A stretch of 64,000 nucleotides of DNA from Candidatus Dormiibacterota bacterium (lineage in GTDB: Bacteria > Chloroflexota > Dormibacteria > Aeolococcales > Aeolococcaceae), in assembly GCA_963830305.1 (NCBI GenBank), contig CAWHLW010000015.1, positions 61,969 through 125,968 of the forward strand, given 5' to 3'. Under the pieces are notes generated by a model that made no database searches, had not been told where the DNA came from, and saw only the letters and a list, made by a program, of their open reading frames with translations. The position numbers were made by a program, and so were the translations under genes. The stretch's first letter is position 1; the number at the start of each line of letters is the position of its first letter. Below, piece by piece: positions 55,373-64,000 of the stretch.

Positions 55373-55798
55373 CTAGCTGAGGTTGAGCGCCGGACCGGTC
55401 ACCGACAGCGGGAGGTGACCCGACGCGGCAAACAGCGCGAAGAGCGCCAGCGCCGCGCCGAGCAGCGAGACATCCCGGTAGAAGCCCATCTCGTGGGTCC
55501 GCCGGGCCGCCGGATCCGCCTCGCTCCAGAACGGGTGGAAGAGGACGGCGGCGGGGATGAGGAACACCGCGATCATCAGCGAGCCGAGGTCGTCCCAGAT
55601 GCCGGCGACGATCGAGACGGCCGCCACAAGCAGCCAGACGCCGGCAGGCCAGCCGGCGAGGATGGGGAACGGGAGTTTCCTGCCCGAGCCCTGGACGTAG
55701 CGCGGATGATTCTTGATGTGCCCGCGCGCCGCGGAGACGAAGAGCGCGACGAAGAGGATCCGGCCGATGAGCAGGATGATGCCGCCCAATGCGCTCAC
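55373..55798 (-). CDS. DoxX family membrane protein
   Basis: Start GTG 55798. 141 aa, 4 TM helices. LLIGRILFVALFVSAARGHIKN... The N-terminal part of the ORF track entry is Arg/Ser-rich junk. Confidence 0.6.
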   Translation of the reverse strand: MSALGGIILLIGRILFVALFVSAARGHIKNHPRYVQGSGRKLPFPILAGWPAGVWLLVAAVSIVAGIWDDLGSLMIAVFLIPAAVLFHPFWSEADPAARRTHEMGFYRDVSLLGAALALFALFAASGHLPLSVTGPALNLS

Positions 55799-55832
55799 TG
55801 CGTCTGCTCTCCGGGAGTGACGAACGGTCGTG

Positions 55833-56774
55833 TCAATCCGCGACCTTGAGCAGAATGCGCCCGCGCCCGTGGCCGGTTTCGGACGCTGCCTGCGCACGCG
55901 CCGCGTCGTCGAGTGCAAAGACGTGCTGGATCGCGGGCTTGAGGTCGCCCGATGCGACGAGCTTGACGAGCTCTTCAAGGATCGGGCGCGTGTCGGTGAC
56001 ACGGCGCGTCGCCTCGGCGCGCACACCTCGCGCGGCCGCCGTCTCGGCGTCCGGCACACCGACGCACGTCACGAGAATGCCGCCCGGTTTCAGCACGCTC
56101 CACGAGTGCGCGGTGACCTCACCGCCGACGGTGTCGAACACCACGTCCACGTCGTGCACCGCGTCCTCGACGTTGACGCTGGTGTAGTCGATGACCTCAC
56201 GAGCACCGAGCGAACGCACGAACTCGACGTTGGCGGTCGACGTCGTCGCGATCACGTCGGCACCCTTCCAGCGTCCGAGCTGGACGGCGAACGAGCCGAC
56301 CCCACCGGCGCCGCCCTGGACCAGGAGGCGCTGTCCGGCCTCGACGTGACCGCCGTCGATGACACCGAGCCATGCGGTGACGCCGCCGACATGCAGCGGC
56401 GCGGCCTGCTCGAAGGAAACGTCGTCGGGAATCTGCGCGATGGTCGTGATGGGAGCGACTGCGAACTCGGCATACGTGCTCGCGCCCCGGCCGAAGACCC
56501 GGTCACCGACGGCGAAGCCACGCACGTCTTCGCCGACGGCTTCGACGGTGCCGGCAACATCCAGCCCCGGAATGGCGGGGAGGGTGACCGGCATGTACTG
56601 CTTGAGATTGCCGGCACGGAGCTTCCAGTCGATGGGGTTCACGCCCGCGAAACGAACGCGGATGAGCACCTCGCCGGCCTTGGGCTCGGGACGTTCGACG
56701 GCCTCGACCACGAGCACCGACGGGGGCCCGTACTCGTGAAAACGTGCTGCACGCATCAAAGTCTCAGTTGTCAT
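55833..56774 (-). CDS. NADPH:quinone oxidoreductase / zinc-type alcohol dehydrogenase superfamily (MDR)
   Basis: MTTETLMRAARFHEYGPPSVLVVEAVERPEPKAGEVLIRVRFAGVNPIDWKLRAG..., Rossmann LLVQGGAGGVGSFAVQL. Confidence 0.85.
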   Translation of the reverse strand: MTTETLMRAARFHEYGPPSVLVVEAVERPEPKAGEVLIRVRFAGVNPIDWKLRAGNLKQYMPVTLPAIPGLDVAGTVEAVGEDVRGFAVGDRVFGRGASTYAEFAVAPITTIAQIPDDVSFEQAAPLHVGGVTAWLGVIDGGHVEAGQRLLVQGGAGGVGSFAVQLGRWKGADVIATTSTANVEFVRSLGAREVIDYTSVNVEDAVHDVDVVFDTVGGEVTAHSWSVLKPGGILVTCVGVPDAETAAARGVRAEATRRVTDTRPILEELVKLVASGDLKPAIQHVFALDDAARAQAASETGHGRGRILLKVAD

Positions 56775-56920
56775 CGGTGCTCCCTGCCTCCGGCCCTGCA
56801 CGCTTGCGGCCGCAGGCTAGTAATTCAATAGGAGCATCAGATTCTAGCATGTGGCCCCCAGATGCTCAGATCGCCCGGGCGGGGCTAGGAGGTTGGTGGT
56901 TTGACTCCCTCTCCGGTCGG

Positions 56921-57685
56921 CTAGAGCACCTTTGACAGAAACGATCTGGTGCGCTCGTGCTGCGGGTTGGCGAGCACCTCGCGTGGACTCCCGGACTCGA
57001 CGATGACGCCGCCGTCCATGAAGACGAGCAAGTCGCCGACCTCGCGAGCGAATCCCATCTCGTGGGTCACGACCAACATCGTCATGCCGTCCTGCGCGAG
57101 ACCGCGCATCACGTCGAGGACGTCCCCGACCAGCTCTGGGTCAAGCGCGGACGTCGGCTCGTCGAAGAGCATGAGCTTGGGCTGCATCGCCAGCGCTCGC
57201 GCGATGGCGACGCGCTGCTGCTGGCCGCCCGAGAGGTGGTTGGGGTAGACGTCCACCTTGTCGGCGAGGCCGACCCGTTTAAGGAGTGCCCGTCCTCGCT
57301 CCTCGACTGCCTTCTGCGCCTCGCCCTTGACGCGCAGCGGCGCTTCCATGATGTTCTCGAGCGCGGTCATGTGCGGAAACAGGTTGAATCGCTGGAACAC
57401 CATCCCGATCTCGGCACGCTTGCGGCACACCTCTCGATCCGGCAGCTCATAGATCTTGTCACCGCGTTGCCGGTAGCCGACCAGCTCACCGTCGACGGAC
57501 AGCCTGCCGCCGTCGACCTTCTCGAGGTGGTTGATACAGCGGAGGAATGTGCTCTTGCCGGAGCCCGAAGGCCCGACGATGCAGAGTACCTCTCGGGGTG
57601 CCACGCTGATGTTGATGCCCCGGAGCACCTCGAGGCGTCCGAAGCACTTGTAGACAGACTCGGCAAGAACCATCGGGGTGGCCAT
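56921..57685 (-). CDS. Amino-acid ABC transporter ATP-binding protein (GlnQ/HisP type)
   Basis: Walker [10 protein letters not shown], signature [15 protein letters not shown], Walker [13 protein letters not shown]. 254 aa. Confidence 0.9.
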   Translation of the reverse strand: MATPMVLAESVYKCFGRLEVLRGINISVAPREVLCIVGPSGSGKSTFLRCINHLEKVDGGRLSVDGELVGYRQRGDKIYELPDREVCRKRAEIGMVFQRFNLFPHMTALENIMEAPLRVKGEAQKAVEERGRALLKRVGLADKVDVYPNHLSGGQQQRVAIARALAMQPKLMLFDEPTSALDPELVGDVLDVMRGLAQDGMTMLVVTHEMGFAREVGDLLVFMDGGVIVESGSPREVLANPQHERTRSFLSKVL

Positions 57686-58677
57686 CAGTGCAGACGCTCC
57701 TCATAGATCGGAGGCGGTTCGAACGGCCCAACCGGCGGCGGATCGTGAAAGTGAAAGAGCAGCCTGCGGAAGCGCTGCAACGGTGTCGGTGGCAGCAGGC
57801 GCGACGCCCCCCGCGCAAAGTAGCGCTCCAGGTAGTACTGGCCGAACGTGAGCACCGAGGTCATCGCCAGGTACCAGATGCTCGCCACAATGGCCAGCTC
57901 GATGATGTCGTAGTTGAAGTTCGAGATCTCCTTCTGAATGAAGAAGAGCTCACCGACAGTCGCGATGTACGCGAGCGACGAGGTCTTGAGCATCGAGATG
58001 GTCTCGTTGCCGGTCGGCGGGATGATCACGCGCATCGCCTGGGGCAACACGATCCGGCGCATGACCAGAACGCGGGTCATGCCCAATGCCTGTGCAGCCT
58101 CGGTCTGGCCGGTGTCCACCGAGATGATCCCCGCGCGAACGATCTCCGACATGTACGCAGCCTCATTGAGGCCGAGGCCGAGAATCGCGGCGAGGAGCGG
58201 CGTGATGATCTTGTTGGTGGTGCCGATCCAGAAGAGATGCGTGAACGGAATGCCGATATGGAGGTACGGAAGGATCGAGCCGATGTTGAACCAGAAGAAG
58301 ATCTGCACCAGCACCGGGGTGCCCCGGAAGAACCAGATGTAGAGCCAGCTGACCGATGAGACGACCGGGTTCGCGGAGAGCCGCATCACCGCGAGGATCA
58401 CGCCGAGGACGACGCCGATCACCATCGCGATCGCCGTCAGCTCGAGGGTGACCAGGATGCCCCGGAGAATCTCGGGATAGAAGAGGAACTGGCCGACGAC
58501 GCTCCACTGCAGCTCCGGCGCCGTTGCGAATGTGTAGATGACCGCCGCGGCAAAGGCGAGCACCACGACCGCCGCGACCCATCGCCACGGATGGCGGACC
58601 GGGATCGCCTTGATCGCGTCCGGTCGCTGCGCCGCGGGAAACGTCGGATCGCTGATCGCGTCCGACCCGGTGCTCAT
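57685..58677 (-). CDS. Amino-acid ABC transporter permease (His/Glu/Gln/Arg/opine family)
   Basis: 330 aa. EAA-type loop [25 protein letters not shown]. Its stop overlaps the ATPase start (TGATG). Confidence 0.85.
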   Translation of the reverse strand: MSTGSDAISDPTFPAAQRPDAIKAIPVRHPWRWVAAVVVLAFAAAVIYTFATAPELQWSVVGQFLFYPEILRGILVTLELTAIAMVIGVVLGVILAVMRLSANPVVSSVSWLYIWFFRGTPVLVQIFFWFNIGSILPYLHIGIPFTHLFWIGTTNKIITPLLAAILGLGLNEAAYMSEIVRAGIISVDTGQTEAAQALGMTRVLVMRRIVLPQAMRVIIPPTGNETISMLKTSSLAYIATVGELFFIQKEISNFNYDIIELAIVASIWYLAMTSVLTFGQYYLERYFARGASRLLPPTPLQRFRRLLFHFHDPPPVGPFEPPPIYEERLH

Positions 58678-58723
58678 TGCTGCAGGCTGAACCGGTCAGC
58701 GCCGGTGCTCGTGTGCCGTCCGA

Positions 58724-59710
58724 TCAGTAGGCCGGCACGCAGGTCGCGCCCACCGCGGTGTTGTCGTTGACGCTGACGGCAGCACTGGTGATCGCACCGT
58801 CCTGCACGCCCCACGAGGAGAGAACCTTCGAGTAGAAGTTGTTGTCGATGAGGTACTTGATCGCGTCTTCGACAGGTTGGTCGAGGCCGAGCGTTTTCAC
58901 GATCGCGACGCCGTACGGGTAGACGCTGCACGCGGTCCCGCCGATCTTGAGCTTGCCCGGCTCCAGCTTGACCTGGTAGTCGGCCACAGGCTGATCGGCC
59001 CATCCGAAGTCGGCGCGACCCGAGAGCAGGGCGGCATTCGCCTCGGTCTGGGTGTCGAAGCTGTCCACGGTGATGTCCTGCTTTCCCGCGGCGGTGCAGT
59101 GGTCCGTGTCGCCCGGGATGCTGGCGCCACCCGGCTGCTTGCCCATATAACCCCAGGCGTCGGCCTCCTCGGTCGTTCCAGCTTCGACCGCGACGGTGTG
59201 ACCGCACATGTCGGCTGCCGTCGAGATGGTGGCGCCGCCCACCTTGATGAGCCACGCCTCACCCGCCTGGTAGTAGGTGATGAAGTCGATGCCCTTGGCC
59301 TCGCGAGCCGTAGTGGGCGAGTAGCTCGAGAAGCTCATCTGATACTTGGACGGGGACTCGAGCAGCGCCGGGATGATGTCGGAGAAGGTGACGTTGTTGA
59401 TCGTGCAGGCGAGCCCGAGCACCTTGCAGACGTCCTTGGCGAGATCGATGTCCCAGCCGACGATGTTGCCGTTGAGGTCGACGAACTCGTTCGGGGCGTA
59501 GGACGCGTCGGTGGCGATCTGAATGGGCGCGTCCGCCTTGATCGCGGCCGGTACCTCCGCTGCGATCGACGCCTGGGTCGACGGGACGGGCAGCGCCGAG
59601 CTCGCGGGTGCCGAAGCGCCGCCACTCGACCCTCCGCAGGCCGCCAGCAGGGCGGCCGGGACGGCGAGTGCGATGCCGGCGCGACGAGAGAGCTTGACCG
59701 TGCGACCCAT
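58724..59710 (-). CDS. Amino-acid ABC transporter substrate-binding lipoprotein
   Basis: Start ATG 59710. MGRTVKLSRRAGIALAVPAALLAACGG lipobox. Type-3 PBP layout (IATDASYAPNEF...GWDIDL). Confidence 0.85.
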   Translation of the reverse strand: MGRTVKLSRRAGIALAVPAALLAACGGSSGGASAPASSALPVPSTQASIAAEVPAAIKADAPIQIATDASYAPNEFVDLNGNIVGWDIDLAKDVCKVLGLACTINNVTFSDIIPALLESPSKYQMSFSSYSPTTAREAKGIDFITYYQAGEAWLIKVGGATISTAADMCGHTVAVEAGTTEEADAWGYMGKQPGGASIPGDTDHCTAAGKQDITVDSFDTQTEANAALLSGRADFGWADQPVADYQVKLEPGKLKIGGTACSVYPYGVAIVKTLGLDQPVEDAIKYLIDNNFYSKVLSSWGVQDGAITSAAVSVNDNTAVGATCVPAY

Positions 59711-59871
59711 GTGTGACCCCCAAAAGCCGGGAACTGTGCAGGTGGCCAGCATTGTGGACTTTCACCGCATCCGTGTCCACAGACGCTGCCGAGAGGAACT
59801 CATTCAGCAGACGCTCGCGCATCACGCGCAGATCCGCACCCGTTGGCCCTGCAGAAGGCGACAATGGCCGC

Positions 59872-61362
59872 TTGAAGCGGATCAGCCACTGGATTGGTGG
59901 CCAGGTGGTCGCGGGCACCTCCGGCAAGCAGGGGCCCGTCTTCAACCCGGCCACCGGCGAGCAGACGGGCGAGGTCGACCTCGCCTCCGCAGCGGAGGTC
60001 GATGCTGCGGTCGAAACCGCTGCGGGAGCGTTCCGTGAGTGGCGCGCGGCATCCCTCTCGCAGCGGACCACTGTGCTCTTCAGCTTCCGAGACCTACTCG
60101 ACCGGCACCGTGATCACCTCGCTGCGATCATCACGTCGGAGCACGGCAAGGTGCTGTCCGATGCGAAGGGAGAGGTTGCACGAGGCATCGAGAACGTCGA
60201 GTTCGCGTGCGGTGTGCCCCACCTGCTCAAGGGTGGATTCTCGGAGCAACCATCGCGCGGCGTCGACGTGTACTCCATCCGGCAGCCGCTCGGCGTGGTG
60301 GCCGGCATCACGCCCTTCAACTTCCCAGCGATGGTGCCGATGTGGATGTTCGCGAACGCGATCGCGTGCGGAAACACGTTCATCCTCAAGCCGAGCGAGA
60401 AGGACCCTTCGCCGTCGCTGTTCTTCGCGGATCTCTGGCGCCAGGCGGGGTTGCCGGACGGCGTGTTCTCGGTGGTGCAGGGCGCGCGCGAGGCGGTGGA
60501 TCGCCTGCTCGATCATCCCGATGTGTCAGCGCTCTCGTTCGTCGGATCAACACCGGTGGCGAGGCACATCTACGAGACCGGAACACGCAACGGCAAGCGT
60601 GTCCAGGCCCTTGGTGGCGCCAAGAACCACATGGTGGTGCTGCCGGATGCGGACATCGAAGCAGCCGCCGACGCCGCCGTGTCCGCGGGATACGGCTCGG
60701 CCGGTGAACGATGCATGGCCATCTCGACGGTGGTCGCCGTCGGCGACATCGGTGGGCGCCTGGTGGAGGCGATCGCGGCCCGCATTCCTGCGGTCAAGGT
60801 CGGCGCCGGCGATGATCCGGCCTCGGAGATGGGTCCGCTCGTCACGCGGGAGCACCGAGACAAGGTGGCGGGCTATCTCGACGATCAGGCGCTCGGCGGG
60901 GCGCGCCTGGTTGTCGATGGACGCGACAACACTCCGGATGGCAACGGGTTCTTTCTCGGACCGTCGCTCGTGGACCGGGTCACCCCCGGCTCCAGGGTCT
61001 ACGACGATGAGATCTTCGGGCCGGTGCTCTCGGTGGTGCGCGTGGACACGTACGACGAGGCGATCCGGCTGGTTAATGACAATCAGTACGGAAACGGCGT
61101 GGCCATCTTCACCCGTGACGGTGGCGCCGCTCGCAAGTTCCAGTTCGAGGTCCAGGTCGGCATGGTCGGCGTCAATGTGCCGATCCCGGTCCCGGTGGCG
61201 TACTACAGCTTTGGTGGATGGAAGGCATCCCTGTTCGGTGATACGCACATGTATGGGCCCGACGGCATCCACTTCTACACGCGCACCAAGGTGGTCACCT
61301 CGCGATGGCCCGAGCCGGGACCGGGCAGGGTGGACCTCGCCTTTCCGAGCAACGCCAGCTGA
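59872..61362 (+). CDS. mmsA: CoA-acylating methylmalonate-semialdehyde dehydrogenase
   Basis: ISHWIGGQ..., FNFPAMVPMWMFANAIACGNTFILKPSEKDP, catalytic GSAGERCMAIS. Start uncertain: TTG 59872 is the only start-like codon near the conserved N-terminus. Confidence 0.85.
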   Translation: MKRISHWIGGQVVAGTSGKQGPVFNPATGEQTGEVDLASAAEVDAAVETAAGAFREWRAASLSQRTTVLFSFRDLLDRHRDHLAAIITSEHGKVLSDAKGEVARGIENVEFACGVPHLLKGGFSEQPSRGVDVYSIRQPLGVVAGITPFNFPAMVPMWMFANAIACGNTFILKPSEKDPSPSLFFADLWRQAGLPDGVFSVVQGAREAVDRLLDHPDVSALSFVGSTPVARHIYETGTRNGKRVQALGGAKNHMVVLPDADIEAAADAAVSAGYGSAGERCMAISTVVAVGDIGGRLVEAIAARIPAVKVGAGDDPASEMGPLVTREHRDKVAGYLDDQALGGARLVVDGRDNTPDGNGFFLGPSLVDRVTPGSRVYDDEIFGPVLSVVRVDTYDEAIRLVNDNQYGNGVAIFTRDGGAARKFQFEVQVGMVGVNVPIPVPVAYYSFGGWKASLFGDTHMYGPDGIHFYTRTKVVTSRWPEPGPGRVDLAFPSNAS

Positions 61363-61397
61363 GTGCCGTCCGGGCGCCCTGCTAGGCTTCAGCGACG

Positions 61398-62282
61398 ATG
61401 ACTGAATGGACGGGAGTACGGGACAAGCGCGTCCTCATCACGGGCGCCACACGCGGCATCGGTCTTGCAGCGGCGCAGGCACTCGCCCGGCGCGGGGCGC
61501 AACTGGCGATCGTCGCGAGGGATGACGCACGCGGCGCTGAGGCGGTCAGGCTCATCGAAGGGGAGGGTGGATCAAAGGTCGACGTGCTCCACGCGGACCT
61601 GATGTCGCAGGCGTCGGTACGCGCGCTCGCGGACGAAGCGCTCGAGCGTTACCCGCGCATCGAGGTGCTCATCAACAACGCGGGTGCGACCTTCACGACG
61701 CGCCAGCTCACCGTCGACGGCATCGAGCGCACCTGGGCGCTCAACCACCTTGCCCCGTTTCTGCTAACCACGCTGCTGCTCGACCGGCTCAAGGAGTCGG
61801 CCCCCGCTCGCATCATCACGACCTCCTCCGATGCGCACAAGGGAAAGCTCATCCCATTCGATGACCTGAACGCGGAGCACTCGTGGAAGGGACGCGGTTT
61901 CACCCGCTACGGCGAGACGAAGCTGGCCAACATCATGTTCACGCGCGAGCTTGCGCGTCGCCTCGAGGGTACCGGTGTCACCGCGTACACCTTCCACCCC
62001 GGGCTCGTGGCGACAGGGTTCAACCGCAACAACGGCGCGCTCATGACCACCGCGATGGTGATCATCTCTCCCTTCGCGCGCAGTCCCAGGAAGGCGGCAC
62101 AAACGCTCGTGTGGCTTGCCGATTCCCCGGATGTGTCCAAGCAGAGCGGCGGCTACTACGAGGATCGCGCGCTCGCCGTGTCGAGCCGCCAGGCGCAGGA
62201 TCCGGCGCTCGCCCGCCGGCTCTGGGAGGTCAGCGAAGATCAGGTACGCCCGAAGACGGGCGCCGGGACGTCTGCTTCCTGA
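61398..62282 (+). CDS. SDR family oxidoreductase (retinol-dehydrogenase-like)
   Basis: TGATRGIG, NNAG, SS...YGETK (YxxxK). 294 aa. Confidence 0.85.
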   Translation: MTEWTGVRDKRVLITGATRGIGLAAAQALARRGAQLAIVARDDARGAEAVRLIEGEGGSKVDVLHADLMSQASVRALADEALERYPRIEVLINNAGATFTTRQLTVDGIERTWALNHLAPFLLTTLLLDRLKESAPARIITTSSDAHKGKLIPFDDLNAEHSWKGRGFTRYGETKLANIMFTRELARRLEGTGVTAYTFHPGLVATGFNRNNGALMTTAMVIISPFARSPRKAAQTLVWLADSPDVSKQSGGYYEDRALAVSSRQAQDPALARRLWEVSEDQVRPKTGAGTSAS

Positions 62283-62762
62283 TCAGTGCCCGCCGAGGCG
62301 CCGGAACCAAGGCTTGCGGCGCCAGGCCAGCTCGCTCGAGAGAGTCTCGTTGCGGACCAGCTCGCTGTGCAGGACGGTGACCAGGTCGCGCTCGCGATGC
62401 ACCGCCTCGCGCTGTTCGACGCCGCGCTGCGCGCGCTCCTCGACGGCGCGCCCTCGCCACATGTCGACCTCGGCCGAGAGGACGGCCACCTGCGCGTCCC
62501 GTTCCTGGACGGCCTCGCGCAACTGGATGATGTCGACGAGGTTGTCCATCGCGAGCAGTCGGAGGGCGCGGACCGTGTCCGGGCTGTACGGCTCGTCGAC
62601 GGACTCCGTCTGGAAGAGTGCCTCGGCGAGCCGCTGCTCGCTGCGACCCACGAGGTGGAGGGTCGGGACATCCTCCTCGACCTCGAGCGGCGGGGGCTCG
62701 GGTGCGGGGACGGGGTTCAGCGGAATCCCGATTGTCCCTTCGGGCAGGACTCGAACGGCCAT
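62283..62762 (-). CDS. Hypothetical protein with a predicted coiled-coil C-terminal half
   Basis: 159 aa, good GC3, heptad-like Glu/Arg/Leu-rich segment. Convergent with the SDR gene and abutting it. Confidence 0.45.
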   Translation of the reverse strand: MAVRVLPEGTIGIPLNPVPAPEPPPLEVEEDVPTLHLVGRSEQRLAEALFQTESVDEPYSPDTVRALRLLAMDNLVDIIQLREAVQERDAQVAVLSAEVDMWRGRAVEERAQRGVEQREAVHRERDLVTVLHSELVRNETLSSELAWRRKPWFRRLGGH

Positions 62763-62865
62763 GACGGGCGACCTCCTGGGAAGACGTGGAGTGAAACGAC
62801 GAGAGTTCGCTCGGAGAAGGCTACAACGGATGCAGCCCGAGTGGCCGCCACACTAGGCTTCGGGC

Positions 62866-64000
62866 ATGCCTGAGAACGACCTGGACATCTATTGCGCCGC
62901 CAACGAGCAGCGCCACGTGGACGAGCTCATCGAGTTCCTCCGCATCCCCAGCATCTCCGCCGATCCCGCGCACGCCGCCGATGTCCGGCGCAACGCCGAG
63001 TACCTCGCGGAGGCGGCTCGGAAGGCGGGATTCCACCGCGCCGAGATCATCGATACCGCGGGCCACCCGGCGGTCTACGCCGAGCGTCTCGTCGATCCGA
63101 AGTTGCCAACCGCGCTCATCTATGGACATCACGACGTGCAGCCGGTCGACCCGCTCAACGAGTGGCGCACGTCGCCGTTCGAGCCCGAGGTCCGCGACGG
63201 CAATCTGTACGGCCGCGGGGCGGTGGACGACAAGGGCCAGGTGTGGATGCACCTCAAAGCCGTGGAATCGGTCCTCGCGGTGCGGGGCGAGCTCCCGCTC
63301 AACCTCAAGCTGATCGTTGAAGGAGAAGAGGAATCAGGGTCGGTCCACTTCGAGGAGATCGTCGAGGCCGAGCAGGAACGGCTCCGCGCGGACATCCTCG
63401 TGGTGTCGGATACATCGATCGTCGCCCCCGGCGTCCCGTCCCTCTGCACCGGGCTGCGCGGTCTCGCCGGTGTCCAGGTGCAGGTCCAGGGTCCGGCGCT
63501 CGACCTCCACTCGGGGCGGTTCGGCGGCGACGTCGCCAACCCCATCGCCTCGCTCGCCGAGATCCTGGCGTCGCTCCACGACCCCGTGACTCGCCGCGTC
63601 ACGGTCCCCGGGTTCTACGACGACGTGCGCGAGCCCTCCGCTGCGGAGCGCGCACTCTTCGCCAGCGTTCCCTTCGACGTCGACGAGTTCCGGGCTGAGG
63701 CAGGCGACGTGCCCGCGACGATCGGCGAGGCCGGTTGGACCGACCGTGAGCGCCTGTGGGCGCGTCCGACGCTCGAGTTCAACGGCATCTGGGGTGGGTA
63801 TTCCGGCCCCGGCCAGAAAACCATCATCCCGGCAACTGCCGGCGCCAAGATCACGTGCCGGCTGGTTCCGAACCAGGACCCGCAACGCATCGCCGAACTC
63901 GTGCGTGACGCGGTGCTGGCGGCTGCGCCCGTCGGCGTCACGGTCACCGCGAGCGCCGTCGGTGGGGGCAGGCCGGTGGTCACGTCGATCGATCATCCCG
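62866..64000 (+). CDS. M20-family dipeptidase (ArgE/DapE/ACY1/CPG2 peptidase family); 3' end beyond the window
   Basis: Own translation from ATG 62866: MPENDLDIYCAANEQRHVDELIEFLRIPSISADP...IYGHHDVQPVDP...GRGAVDDKGQ...IVEGEEESGS... The frame stays open to 64000 (no stop, hence absent from the ORF track). Confidence 0.85.
   Translation, partial: MPENDLDIYCAANEQRHVDELIEFLRIPSISADPAHAADVRRNAEYLAEAARKAGFHRAEIIDTAGHPAVYAERLVDPKLPTALIYGHHDVQPVDPLNEWRTSPFEPEVRDGNLYGRGAVDDKGQVWMHLKAVESVLAVRGELPLNLKLIVEGEEESGSVHFEEIVEAEQERLRADILVVSDTSIVAPGVPSLCTGLRGLAGVQVQVQGPALDLHSGRFGGDVANPIASLAEILASLHDPVTRRVTVPGFYDDVREPSAAERALFASVPFDVDEFRAEAGDVPATIGEAGWTDRERLWARPTLEFNGIWGGYSGPGQKTIIPATAGAKITCRLVPNQDPQRIAELVRDAVLAAAPVGVTVTASAVGGGRPVVTSIDHP

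Overview
GC-rich chromosomal segment; third codon positions are overwhelmingly G/C. Gene content looks like a high-GC Gram-positive-type bacterium (Actinomycetota- or Chloroflexota-like), but the taxon is inference only. I support about 65 protein-coding loci, two tRNA-Ser genes, one tandem LacI-type operator and one strong stem-loop. I see no rRNA, CRISPR array, transposase, integrase or recognisable defence genes.

Content from left to right:
- CrtI-like oxidoreductase plus an ABC exporter.
- Envelope genes: lipoprotein, large polytopic membrane protein, methyltransferase.
- A tRNA-Ser(CGA) / small membrane protein / tRNA-Ser(GGA) locus, followed by ~2.6 kb of degraded, gene-poor DNA. This stretch holds an SDR pseudogene, an orphan heme-oxygenase-like di-iron enzyme and short Cys-pair ORFs.
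- HxlR, Usp, and a histidine-utilisation pair (M20 amidase + hutF).
- chrA, an AraC/methyltransferase pair, an orphan Tat-Rieske protein and a secreted beta-propeller.
- An ABC-2 exporter and a MarR-MFS pair.
- A LacI-controlled Opp/Dpp-type ABC system with a GH3 beta-glucosidase.
- An aa3-type cytochrome oxidase cluster: cupredoxin paralogue, ctaC, ctaD, ctaE-like, ctaG, tlpA, ctaB.
- A CUT1 sugar ABC system with msiK.
- mgsA, MFS pumps, an amino-acid ABC system, mmsA, an SDR and an M20 dipeptidase (runs off the right edge).

Most striking technical observation: at least ten single-base frameshifts interrupt otherwise well-conserved genes, including ctaD and transporter subunits inside intact operons. 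Nine of the ten are repaired by deleting one base. I read this as consensus or sequencing error rather than biology, but it must be checked.

I do not find a convincing complete novel system. The best candidates for a second look are:
- the sugar ABC permease carrying an SdrD-B/Cna-B-like Ig domain in its extracytoplasmic loop;
- the orphan HDO-type di-iron enzyme in the tRNA-adjacent scar;
- the CuA-domain paralogue heading the oxidase cluster;
- the CtaD N-terminal two-helix extension;
- the orphan long-spacer Rieske protein.
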